DNA of 64,000 nucleotides, taken from NCBI GenBank assembly GCA_036391275.1, contig DASWAE010000016.1, forward strand, positions 4,966 to 68,965. The letters are read 5' to 3'. The DNA is from Trebonia sp. (GTDB lineage Bacteria > Actinomycetota > Actinomycetes > Streptosporangiales > Streptosporangiaceae). Under the pieces are notes generated by a model. The model saw only the letters and a program-made list of their open reading frames with translations. It ran no database searches and was not told the origin of the DNA. The position numbers and the translations under genes are program-made. The number at the start of each line of letters is the position of its first letter. Position 1 is the stretch's first letter. Shown here in pieces: positions 49,777-58,419 of this stretch.

Positions 49777-50007
49777 CCGTCAGGACGCACGGCGGGTCGC
49801 CGTGCGCGCCCAGCTGCTGGCCGGCCAGCGGCCGGCCGACCTGCTCGCCGTGGTACGGCAGTTGACGGCGCTCCAGCTCGATCCGGCGTGCTCACCGTCG
49901 CCGCCGTCCACCAAGACGTACCGTTCACCGCCGACATGTCGGCAGCGGTCAACGCGGAGATCGCCAGCCTGGCCAGCTGGCTTGAGCTCGACCGGTCGAT
50001 GGCGTAG
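49754..50007 (+). pseudogene. Internally deleted YcaQ/AlkZ-like crosslink-repair glycosylase remnant
   Basis: N-terminus 'LSRQDARRVAVRAQLL..LQLDP' fused out of frame to C-terminus 'GVLTVAAVHQDVPFT..AEIASLASWLEL'. Confidence 0.7.
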
Positions 50008-50021
50008 CCGGGATCCGCGCG

Positions 50022-50846
50022 CTAGCCGTCCTGGGTAAGCAGGTGGCAGGCGATCGCCGCGGCGGCGACCACGTTAAGTGAATCGACTCCGGCGGCCCGC
50101 GCGGCCGGGTTCATCGGGATGCGCACCGCCTCGTCGGCCTCGTGCAGCCACCGCGCGGAGAGCCCGTCTCCCTCGGTGCCGAGCAGCAGCGCCACCCGCG
50201 CGTCCCCGCGCACGGCGGAGCCGACCGGGGCCGCGCCCTCGTCCGGGGTCAGCGCGAGGACGCGGAACCCAGCGGACTTGAGGTCCGCGAGGCCGTCGTA
50301 CCAGCCGGCCATCCGGGCGTACGGAATGGCGAACACCGCGCCCATCGACACCTTGACCGACCGCCGGTACAGCGGGTCGGCACACCGGGGCGACAGCACG
50401 ACCGCGTCGACGCCAAGCGCGGCGGCGCACCGGAAGATCGCGCCGACATTGCCGTGGTCCACCAGGTCCTCAAGGACCACGATCCGCCGCGCGCCGCTGA
50501 TCACCTCGCGGACCCCGGGGAGCGGCAAGCGGCCGAACGACGCGAGCGCCCCCCGGTGTACCCGGTATCCGGTAAGGCGCTCCGCGACCTCATCGGGGAC
50601 GACGTACACCAGCGCGCCGCCGGCCGCCTCGCCGAGAGCGGGCAGGTCTCCCAGCCGGCCGCGGCCGAGCAGCATGGAGCGCACCGGGTAGCCCGCGGCG
50701 ACGGCACGCATGATGACCTTGGTGCCTTCCGCGATGAACAGGCCGTGCTCGGCCTCCAGGTGCGTCCGCAGGCCGGCGTCGGTCAGCCGGGTGTAGTCCG
50801 CCAGCCGCACGTCATCGGCGCTGCCGACCTCAACGGTGCGCAGCAT
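50022..50846 (-). CDS. TrmH/SpoU family RNA methyltransferase
   Basis: 'FIAEG', 'LEDLVDHGNVGAIFR', 'RRSVKVSMG', 'LGTEGDGLS', 'VDSLNV'. Confidence 0.92.
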   Translation of the reverse strand: MLRTVEVGSADDVRLADYTRLTDAGLRTHLEAEHGLFIAEGTKVIMRAVAAGYPVRSMLLGRGRLGDLPALGEAAGGALVYVVPDEVAERLTGYRVHRGALASFGRLPLPGVREVISGARRIVVLEDLVDHGNVGAIFRCAAALGVDAVVLSPRCADPLYRRSVKVSMGAVFAIPYARMAGWYDGLADLKSAGFRVLALTPDEGAAPVGSAVRGDARVALLLGTEGDGLSARWLHEADEAVRIPMNPAARAAGVDSLNVVAAAAIACHLLTQDG

Positions 50847-50850
50847 TTCC

Positions 50851-52134
50851 CTAGTCTGGCAGCAGCACCGGCTCGCGGTAGGCGATGAGCAGGGCGACGT
50901 CGTCGGTGGCGCGGGCACTGCCGATAAGAGCGCGCATCACCGCGGCAGAAGCGTCCTCTGCCAGCGGTACCGGCCGGCCGGCCCGCCTGGCGCGAGACGC
51001 GAGCTGGCTGTCCAGGGTCGCGACCACCATGTTGATTCCCTCGTCGATCACCTGGCCGCGGCGCTCGACCAGCCCGTCGGTATAGCAGCAGAGCAATCCG
51101 CCGAACGGCAGCGTGGCTACCGTGGACCGCCGCTCGTGATCGTCGGCGGCGCCGATCGGCGGATCGGGGTGGATGTCGATCGCCCCGGCCGTCCGCGTGC
51201 CTGGCACGGCGATCACCGGCGGCAGGTGGCCAGCGGAAGAGAAAACGAACTCGCCGGTCTGCGGGGTAAGCACCCCGTAGAGCACCGTGGCCATGGCGTT
51301 CGGTTCGAAGTACTGCATCTTCCTGTCCAGCCTGCGCAGCGCGGACGCGGGCTCCTCGGCCTCGAGCACGTAGGCTCGCAGCGAGCTGCGCATCCGGCCC
51401 ATGATGACAGCCGCCTGGAGCCCGGAGCCGGCCACGTCGCCGACGACAACGCCAAGCTTCCCGTCCGGCAGGACGAACACGTCGTACCAGTCGCCGCCGA
51501 CGTTGCCCGACCCGGTCACGTACCGCGCCGACAGCTCAATGCCGGGCAACTCGGGCAGCGCCGCCGGGAGCAGGCTGCGGTGCAGCGCCACCGCCGCCTG
51601 CGCGTCGTCCTGCGCCATCAGCGAGCGCAGGGCGAGCGCCGCGCGGTCCGCGGCCAGTTGGAGCAGCTCCACGTCCTCGCGACCGAACCGGCGGCCGGTC
51701 AGCGACCCGACGTGCATGACGCCGATGACCTTGCCGCCGGCGAACAGCGGAACGCCGAGCAACGACCGGATGCCCCGGTCCCATAGCAGGGGGTTGCTTA
51801 CCGTCGTGGCGTTGACCTCGGTGAGGATCACCGGCTCGCCGGTCGCGGCGACCCGGCCCGCGAAGCCGGTCCCGAGCGGGATCCTGGCGCCCTGAACGAC
51901 CTCTTCCCCGATGCCGCTCGCCGCCGTGGCCACCAGCTGCCTCGATGAACGGTCAAGCAGCAGCACGGCCGCGGTATCCGCCTGCAGCGTCTTCTTCACC
52001 CGCTCGAGCAGCGTATCGAGCAGGGCCTGCTCGTCCAGCCGGGACAGCGCCGCGTCGGTCACTGCCTCGATGTCACGCAGCCGGTCGGCGGCCCCAGTCC
52101 CCACGCCTGACTGCCAGCCGGATGTAAACGCCAC
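50851..52134 (-). CDS. GAF + SpoIIE/PP2C phosphatase (RsbU-like)
   Basis: GAF ('GTGFAGRVA', 'SLLGVPL'); PP2C 'VGGDWYD', 'GDVAGSG', 'AGHLPP', 'YTDGLVE', 'DDVALL'. Confidence 0.92.
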   Translation of the reverse strand: MAFTSGWQSGVGTGAADRLRDIEAVTDAALSRLDEQALLDTLLERVKKTLQADTAAVLLLDRSSRQLVATAASGIGEEVVQGARIPLGTGFAGRVAATGEPVILTEVNATTVSNPLLWDRGIRSLLGVPLFAGGKVIGVMHVGSLTGRRFGREDVELLQLAADRAALALRSLMAQDDAQAAVALHRSLLPAALPELPGIELSARYVTGSGNVGGDWYDVFVLPDGKLGVVVGDVAGSGLQAAVIMGRMRSSLRAYVLEAEEPASALRRLDRKMQYFEPNAMATVLYGVLTPQTGEFVFSSAGHLPPVIAVPGTRTAGAIDIHPDPPIGAADDHERRSTVATLPFGGLLCCYTDGLVERRGQVIDEGINMVVATLDSQLASRARRAGRPVPLAEDASAAVMRALIGSARATDDVALLIAYREPVLLPD

Positions 52135-52144
52135 CCAACTCGGT

Positions 52145-52168
52145 TACCCAAGCCTCATCAGCTGAAAC
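52145..52168 (-). promoter_or_regulatory. SigB/SigF-like stress promoter
   Basis: GTTT-N15-GGGTA on the - strand, about 10 nt before the PP2C start. Confidence 0.55.
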
Positions 52169-52201
52169 AGAGTGGCCAGCGACCGAGCTGGCAGGCGCCG
52201 G

Positions 52202-55066
52202 TCAGCCGATTACGACCGCCGGGTTGATGGTGAGGCTGTACGTCGCGGTCGTCGTCTGCGCCGGCGACCCGGCGTCGGTCACCGTGACGGTCACGGTGGA
52301 GGTGACCGGCACCGTGCTCGTCCCGGCTGGCGTACCGTTGATCGTCCCGGTCGAGCTCATGCTGAGCCCGGTCGGCAAGCCGGTAGCGGCGTACGTCTTG
52401 GTGCCGGTGCCGCCGGTCGCGGTGACCGTGGCCGAGTAGACCACCCTGTCCTGGCCGGCCGGGAGCGTGCCGCCGGCCAGCTGCAGCGGCGGCGGGTTGA
52501 TCGTGAGGGTGAACGTCCCCGTCGCCGTCTTGGCCGGCGACGCGCTGTCGGTCGCGGTGACGGTGATCGTGGAGGTGCCCGCCGCGGTGGGCGTGCCGCT
52601 GATCGTGCCCGTCGTGGCGCCGATAGTCAGCCCGGCCGGCAGCCCGGCGGCGGTCCAGGTATGGGCGCCGGTGCCGCCGGCGGCGGTGACGGTGGCCGAG
52701 TACGCGACGTTCACGGTGCCGGCGGCCAGCGTGCCGGCCGTGACCGTGAGCGGGGGCGCGCTGACGGTCACGCTCAAGCTCGCTGTCGCCGTCAGCGCGG
52801 GCGTCGACCCGTCGCTGACCGAGACCTGGATCGGGTACGTCCCCGCCGTGGTGGGCGTGCCGCTGATGGTGAGCGTCCCCGCGCTCGCGACGGCCGTCAG
52901 ACCCGGGGGGAGTCCGGTCGCGGCTGCCCACTTGTAGCTGCCCTTGCCACCGGTCGCGGTCGCGGTGGCCGAGTAGGCGGTGCCGATCGTGGCGGTCGCC
53001 GCGCCGTTCGCGGCGACGGACAGGGGCTGGCCGCAGGTGAGCTTGAACCCCGCGGCGTTCGATGTCACGGCCTTAGGGCTGGTGACCACGATCGAGCCCG
53101 ATCCGCTCGCGGTGTCGCCTGGCGGCTGGTAGGCGGCCGCGGTCACCGCCTGGGTGCCGGGCGCGGCGAAGGTCAGCGTCTGCGTCGGGCCGTTGCCGCT
53201 TGGCAGCTGCCAGTGGTAGCTGACCGGGCCGGCCTGGTTGTCGGTGATGGTCCCGGTGAAGGAGAAGCTCGGCGCGGCCGCGGTGCATGAGGTGACCGAC
53301 ATGGTGGCCGGGCTGACCTTGGCCACGGCCGACACCACCGCGGCGTTGCACGTCAGGTGGTACGTCGCGGGGCCAGAGGCGGTGGCTACCGGGCTGGTCA
53401 CCACAAGGACGGCCTGGCCGTACGCGGGTTCCGCGGCCGGGGTTATCGTCAGCGGCGCCACGGCCATGGTGCCCGCCTTGGCGAAGGTGACAGTGGCGGG
53501 GGCCGAGGTCTGCCCGTTGGACAGCGCCCAGTAGTACTTGACCGTCGCCGCCTTCGGGCTGGTGACCGAGCCAGTGGCGGTGAATGCCGGCGGTGCCGTG
53601 CCGCAGGTACCGACGTTGAGCGTGGACGGCTGTACCGCCGCCACCGCGGAGAACCCGCCCGCGGCGCGCGCGCACAGCAGCTTGTAGCTTGCCCGGTTGG
53701 AGGCTTTGCCCGCCGGGTTGACCATCTCGATCTCGCCCCAGCCGCCGCCCGCCGCCTTGGTGCTCACCGTCTCGCCGCTAACCTCCATGTCCCCGGTCCC
53801 GTCGAAGGTGACGTGCTGTACCGCGCCTTGCTTGCCCGATGAGTACACCCAGCGGTAGGAGAGGGTGCCCGGCGCGGTCGCCGTGATGATGGCGCTGAAT
53901 GCGAACGTGACCGGCGTGGTGCACGCCGCGGACCGCACCGGCGGCGTCACGGCGACCTGCGCCGTGAACGTGGGGGTGACCGCCGCCGCCTGTGACGAGC
54001 CCCTCAGGCTGGCATCGTGCGACCGCAACTCTACCGCGGTGGCGACCACGGCGACTGCCACCACGATGGCCGCCGCGATCGTCGCGACGGGCATGATGTT
54101 GCGCATGACCTTGCGCTTGCCGTTGGCGAGCCAGGTGCTCGCCGCCGAACTGCCGGAAGATCCAGGGCTGCCGCCGCGAAGCAGCAGCAGCGGCAACAGG
54201 GCCGCGACGCGTTCCGCGAGGTGGCCGCGGCCCCGCTCCTCCCAGTCCGGCCCGTAAGCCGCGGCGGCCGTCGACTCAAGCTCGGCGACGAAGTCGATGG
54301 CGCTCTGCGGCCTGTCCGCCGGGTTCTTGGCCATGCCGCGCGTGATGAGGGCGTGCAGCGACGCGTCGAGCCCGTCCAGCGGCACCGGCATGGTCTCGTG
54401 CTGCGTGCGCAGCTTCCCGAGCTTGCCGGAGAACGGGGGCTTGGCGGTCAGGCACTCATAGAACACCGCGGTCGCGGCGTAGACGTCGGTCGCGGGGCTG
54501 CTCGGCGCACCGTTCCACTGCTCCGGGGCCATGTACAGCGGCGTCCCCGCGATCCCCTCCTTGCCCGCCGCGGTCGCCACCCCGAAATCGGACAGCTTGC
54601 TGTCGCCCGCGGTGTCGACGAGCACGTTCTCCGGCTTGTAGTCCCGGTGGACGATGCCGATCGCGTGCGCGGCGGCCAGCCCGAGCAGCGAGCCCTTGAG
54701 CACCGCGAGCGCCGACTCGGGGGTGGTTGGCCCGCGCTCGGTGATCATCTCGTGCAGCGAGACCCCGTCGACCAGCTCCATGACGATCGCGGCGCCCTGG
54801 CCAGGTGCCTCCACGTAGTCGTACAGGCGCACTACCTGCGGAACGTCCAGCGCCCGCAGCATCTGCGCCTCGGTCCGGAACCCCCACGTGAAGGCGGGGT
54901 CGCCGACTAGTGACGAGCTGAGGTACTTGATCGCCACCCGCTGACCAGTCGCCTGGCTGACCGCTGCCACGACCCGGCCGGATGCGCCCTGGCCGACCAG
55001 CCGCTCTTCGACGTAGCCGGGTACCGTCCAGCCTTCGCCGTAGCTTGACATGGTCCACGCGCTCAT
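52202..55066 (-). CDS. Receptor Ser/Thr kinase with three Cys-bracketed Ig-like repeats and three putative-Ig (He_PIG-like) repeats
   Basis: VGQGASG, VAIK, HRDYKPEN, DFG, GTPLYMAPE; TM; 'GLPAGLTI..TGTISGTPT' repeats. Confidence 0.9.
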   Translation of the reverse strand: MSAWTMSSYGEGWTVPGYVEERLVGQGASGRVVAAVSQATGQRVAIKYLSSSLVGDPAFTWGFRTEAQMLRALDVPQVVRLYDYVEAPGQGAAIVMELVDGVSLHEMITERGPTTPESALAVLKGSLLGLAAAHAIGIVHRDYKPENVLVDTAGDSKLSDFGVATAAGKEGIAGTPLYMAPEQWNGAPSSPATDVYAATAVFYECLTAKPPFSGKLGKLRTQHETMPVPLDGLDASLHALITRGMAKNPADRPQSAIDFVAELESTAAAAYGPDWEERGRGHLAERVAALLPLLLLRGGSPGSSGSSAASTWLANGKRKVMRNIMPVATIAAAIVVAVAVVATAVELRSHDASLRGSSQAAAVTPTFTAQVAVTPPVRSAACTTPVTFAFSAIITATAPGTLSYRWVYSSGKQGAVQHVTFDGTGDMEVSGETVSTKAAGGGWGEIEMVNPAGKASNRASYKLLCARAAGGFSAVAAVQPSTLNVGTCGTAPPAFTATGSVTSPKAATVKYYWALSNGQTSAPATVTFAKAGTMAVAPLTITPAAEPAYGQAVLVVTSPVATASGPATYHLTCNAAVVSAVAKVSPATMSVTSCTAAAPSFSFTGTITDNQAGPVSYHWQLPSGNGPTQTLTFAAPGTQAVTAAAYQPPGDTASGSGSIVVTSPKAVTSNAAGFKLTCGQPLSVAANGAATATIGTAYSATATATGGKGSYKWAAATGLPPGLTAVASAGTLTISGTPTTAGTYPIQVSVSDGSTPALTATASLSVTVSAPPLTVTAGTLAAGTVNVAYSATVTAAGGTGAHTWTAAGLPAGLTIGATTGTISGTPTAAGTSTITVTATDSASPAKTATGTFTLTINPPPLQLAGGTLPAGQDRVVYSATVTATGGTGTKTYAATGLPTGLSMSSTGTINGTPAGTSTVPVTSTVTVTVTDAGSPAQTTTATYSLTINPAVVIG

Positions 55067-56115
55067 GGACGGGCTCCTTGGTAGGCCAGGTACTGCATGC
55101 TGCGGTGCCCGATGCCGATCCGCGTGCCAGGCTCGAGCACGATCGGCTCGAACGGCGCGAGCGTGCGCTCCGCGCCCGGTGCGCGGAGTACCGAGCCGTT
55201 CGCCGAGCCCAGGTCGCTTACCTCGACCTGCCAGCCGACCAGCGACACGCGCAGGTGGATGCGGGATACGGTGCCCTCGGGGTCGGAGACGCGCAACGGC
55301 CTGGCTCGCCCCGCCATCACGTCGAAGTCGAGCGCCGGCTCACGGCCGAGCACGTAGTCACCGTCGAGCGTGACCCGTGTCCCGTCATCGAGGACCAGCA
55401 CGCCGAGCGGCGGGCGCTGGCGCCGCAGGACGTTCCGCGGCGGCTGGTCCAGGCTCATCCCGCACTGGCGGCAGGCGCGCGCCCCGGGATCGTTGAAGTG
55501 CTCGCTGGCGCAGAGCACTCCCTCCACCACGATCGCCGGCCGGCCGCTGGCCGGCACGTTGCCGGTCACCTCAGCGGACACGCTGCCGGTGAGCTGGGCC
55601 GGCACGATGTCGTGCAGCGTGTCGAGCAGCACCACGGCCGGCTCGGCCGCGTCGGCCGCCGCCGTCACCGCGAGGCCGCCGCCGTGCACCACGCCGTCGC
55701 CGAGCCAGCACCGGTGATCGGGGGCCGCCGGGCTGCCCACGGCAAGCGCGACGCTGATGCTGGCCCCGGTGAAGGTCCTGGTGACCGGGATCACCGAATC
55801 GCTGGCGGTCAGCGTGACCTCACCGCCGCCGTCGACGCTGACGGTGGCCACCGCAGTGCCGTGGACGAGCACGGCCATGCCGCCGTCCGCGGTGGCGCCC
55901 GCGCACGCCCATGCGGGCTGCCCGGGGCAGCCCAGCGCCGCGCGGGCGGCCATGCGCACGAGATCCGTGCCGTCTCCCGCCGCGGACGCGACTTCGGTCA
56001 GCACGCCGAGCAGGGGATCAGGATCCTGCCCGTGGCTGTCCGTCACGGCCACGAGCGCGCCGTGGCGGGCGATCACGCCCGCGCCGGGGAGCGGGACGCA
56101 GCTGATGATCTTCAT
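55063..56115 (-). CDS. FHA domain protein with Cys/His zinc-ribbon-like motif
   Basis: FHA 'VLGR..VSRIH..DLGSANGS'; 'C.SEHFNDP....C..CG'; ATGA overlap with the downstream kinase. Confidence 0.85.
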   Translation of the reverse strand: MKIISCVPLPGAGVIARHGALVAVTDSHGQDPDPLLGVLTEVASAAGDGTDLVRMAARAALGCPGQPAWACAGATADGGMAVLVHGTAVATVSVDGGGEVTLTASDSVIPVTRTFTGASISVALAVGSPAAPDHRCWLGDGVVHGGGLAVTAAADAAEPAVVLLDTLHDIVPAQLTGSVSAEVTGNVPASGRPAIVVEGVLCASEHFNDPGARACRQCGMSLDQPPRNVLRRQRPPLGVLVLDDGTRVTLDGDYVLGREPALDFDVMAGRARPLRVSDPEGTVSRIHLRVSLVGWQVEVSDLGSANGSVLRAPGAERTLAPFEPIVLEPGTRIGIGHRSMQYLAYQGARP

Positions 56116-56132
56116 CCCAGTCTCGTCAGGAG

Positions 56133-57734
56133 TCAGGAGCAGGAATAGGGGAACGTGATGCTGGCCTCGGCCGAATCCGGCGTGAGCACTAGAAGCTTTG
56201 CCACGGCCTGGATGCTTCCCTTACCGTGAAACGCCCACTTGAGAGAAACCCGGACCGTCGTGCTTCCGCTGGCGTCGTCGGCCACCAGAGCCGCCATCGG
56301 CGCCGTACCGCGGACCCACTGGTAAGTGACGGGCCCACCGTGGCCATTGGTGGTGATCGTCCCGATGATATCGGCAGCGCCGTTGCATCTCACGACCTGA
56401 GGCGTAACTGTGACCGTGACGCCAGTGATCGCCAACTTGTCGTGCGCCCGCTGGTAGACGTAGATCCACACGCCGGCCGCGAGGGCAAGAGTGACCAGGG
56501 TGCTGAGCAAACCCGCCCAGCGGCGGCGCGGCCTGCGCAGCCGGGACCGCGGGGGCGGCACGGGCCAGTTGGGAATGCCGCCGCTGTCGGCCCTGACCGC
56601 GGATGGCGACTGCCAGACCGGGACCTGCGGCGGCGGCGCGTAGCGCGGCGGCTGAGCGGGCTGGAAGGGCGGGCCCTGGGGGGTCCAGGGCGGTACGGCG
56701 ACGGTCTCCGGGCCCCAGAGCTGGTCGAGCCGTTCCGGGGTCATGGCACCCGGCCCGCCCGTCTCGGGCGGGGGGGCCTGGCGCCGTGTCTCGGCAGCGC
56801 CACGCCGTGTCTCACCGACCCCGGCCGCCGGCTCATCGGCCATGACCGTCTGCCGGTCGGCCTCATGCGCCGGCTCCTGGGTCTCCAGGTTCTCGCCGAT
56901 GGCGTGGAGACGGCTGATGACCTCCGCCGCGCTGGCGGGCCGGGCCGTCCGGTCCTTTTCCATCAGGTCGCGGACGAGCTCGATGATGTCGTCGGTGAGG
57001 TCCGGCCGGAGCACGTTGAGCGGCGTCGCGCTGTCCATCACCTGCATCATCAGCAGCGCCCCGGGCATGGATGACCGGAACGGCAGCCGCCCCGACAGGA
57101 GGTGATAGAGCACGCAGCCGAGGGAGTACAGGTCGGCGCGGCCGTCAATGTCGCCGCCTTGCGCCTGTTCCGGCGACATGTACGCGGCGGTGCCGACCGT
57201 GTGGCCCTGCAGTGTCAGCCGCGGGGAATTGTCCGCGAGCAGCCGCGCGATGCCGAAGTCGATGATCTTGACGCCGAGTTGCGGCGTCACCATCAGGTTG
57301 CTCGGCTTGATGTCCCGGTGCACGACGCCCGCCTGGTGCGCGGCGCCGAGGCCCGCGCACGTTTCCTCGGCGATGCGGAGCACGCTCGAGACCGGGAACA
57401 GCCCCAGGCCGCGCTCGCCCCGCGAGTCCATCATGCTGGCCAGGGAGATGCCCGGCGCCAGCTCCATGACCATGAAGAGCTGGTTGCCGACGCGGCCGGC
57501 GTCGAGTGAGCTCACGATGTTCGGGTGCCTGAGCGATCCGATGACCGTGGCCTCGCGGCGGAACCGGCCGATCGTCTCCGACAGCGTCCCCGGGTCATCG
57601 GCCTGGGAAAGCTCGACCACCTTGACGGCGACGGGGCGACGGGTCGCCAGGTCCCTGCCGCGCCAGACCTCGCCTGATCCCCCGCGTCCGAGCGGGATCT
57701 CAAGCTCGTAGCGCCCGGCCAGGATCCGGTCCAT
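56133..57734 (-). CDS. Receptor Ser/Thr kinase with a single Ig-like C-terminal domain
   Basis: LGRGGSG, VAVK, HRDIKPSN, DFG, GTAAYMSPE, DLYSLG; TM near the C-terminus. Confidence 0.92.
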   Translation of the reverse strand: MDRILAGRYELEIPLGRGGSGEVWRGRDLATRRPVAVKVVELSQADDPGTLSETIGRFRREATVIGSLRHPNIVSSLDAGRVGNQLFMVMELAPGISLASMMDSRGERGLGLFPVSSVLRIAEETCAGLGAAHQAGVVHRDIKPSNLMVTPQLGVKIIDFGIARLLADNSPRLTLQGHTVGTAAYMSPEQAQGGDIDGRADLYSLGCVLYHLLSGRLPFRSSMPGALLMMQVMDSATPLNVLRPDLTDDIIELVRDLMEKDRTARPASAAEVISRLHAIGENLETQEPAHEADRQTVMADEPAAGVGETRRGAAETRRQAPPPETGGPGAMTPERLDQLWGPETVAVPPWTPQGPPFQPAQPPRYAPPPQVPVWQSPSAVRADSGGIPNWPVPPPRSRLRRPRRRWAGLLSTLVTLALAAGVWIYVYQRAHDKLAITGVTVTVTPQVVRCNGAADIIGTITTNGHGGPVTYQWVRGTAPMAALVADDASGSTTVRVSLKWAFHGKGSIQAVAKLLVLTPDSAEASITFPYSCS

Positions 57735-58350
57735 CCGTAAGATCGTCCCCCTCCCGGCGCGCGTCGAGGACGCGCAAGCGGCCACGCTGAACACGGCAGA
57801 CGCCGTCGCGGCCGACCCCAGCCGCCCGGTGCCCGGCACCATGCTTGCCCCCTGTCAGCAACACGAAACGGCCACTCGCGCTCACATCGTAGTGGAACGC
57901 GCCATGCTCTCCTATGAATGGGACGAACAAGCGAGGCGTTTGGTTCATTCAACTTGACCGGTTTTTTGCCGGTTCCGCCCCCGCCGCCATGCCTGCCACT
58001 GAGGCCAAAGGGAAAATTGTTTCCTCTGTTGGGAACTTCCGGGCCAACGGCTGGCTGAGCCGGGCCAGCCGTCGCTGCAGCATCCTGGCTGACAAGGCCT
58101 GGTCCGGTAACACCGCTCACGATGGCGGCGACCGCGGCCTCATCGAGCGGCGGCGGCAGCATCCGCCGTCGCTGGCTGGCAGCTGCTCACGGTCGCGGCC
58201 GACGATCGCCTGGCGGACATCGGCGGGCAACTGCATGTGCACACTCAACCACACGCCGAGATTGCGGGGAACTGGTAAAGACAGCTCTTTTCAGCAGGTC
58301 ACGTCGACGGTGGAGCTGACACGGATCGCGGCTCTGGATGGCGCCTGGAA

Positions 58351-58372
58351 TGTCGGCGGCTCGCGCTAGCAT
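58351..58372 (+). promoter_or_regulatory. PafBC/RecA-NDp DNA-damage promoter
   Basis: TGTCGG-CGGCTCGCGC-TA-GCA-T, exact TGTCGG-N10-TA-N3-T match. Confidence 0.7.
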
Positions 58373-58419
58373 TCGATTAGCCACATTGGATGATCCACTT
58401 GATCGAAACGAGGCGGGCA

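Noticed and set aside
50851-52134. PP2C as the cognate phosphatase of the two-kinase/FHA operon
   Set aside because: It is SpoIIE/RsbU-type (STAS substrates) with its own SigB-like promoter; adjacency alone is insufficient.
57850-58340. Possible gene remnant (PPLDEAAVAAIV on the - strand) or the 151-aa ORF 57914-58369
   Set aside because: Too short and without codon bias or motif support to call.
58372-58410. LexA SOS box before the HNH gene
   Set aside because: TCGATTAG.. and GATCGAAAC match only half of TCGAAC-N4-GTTCGA.
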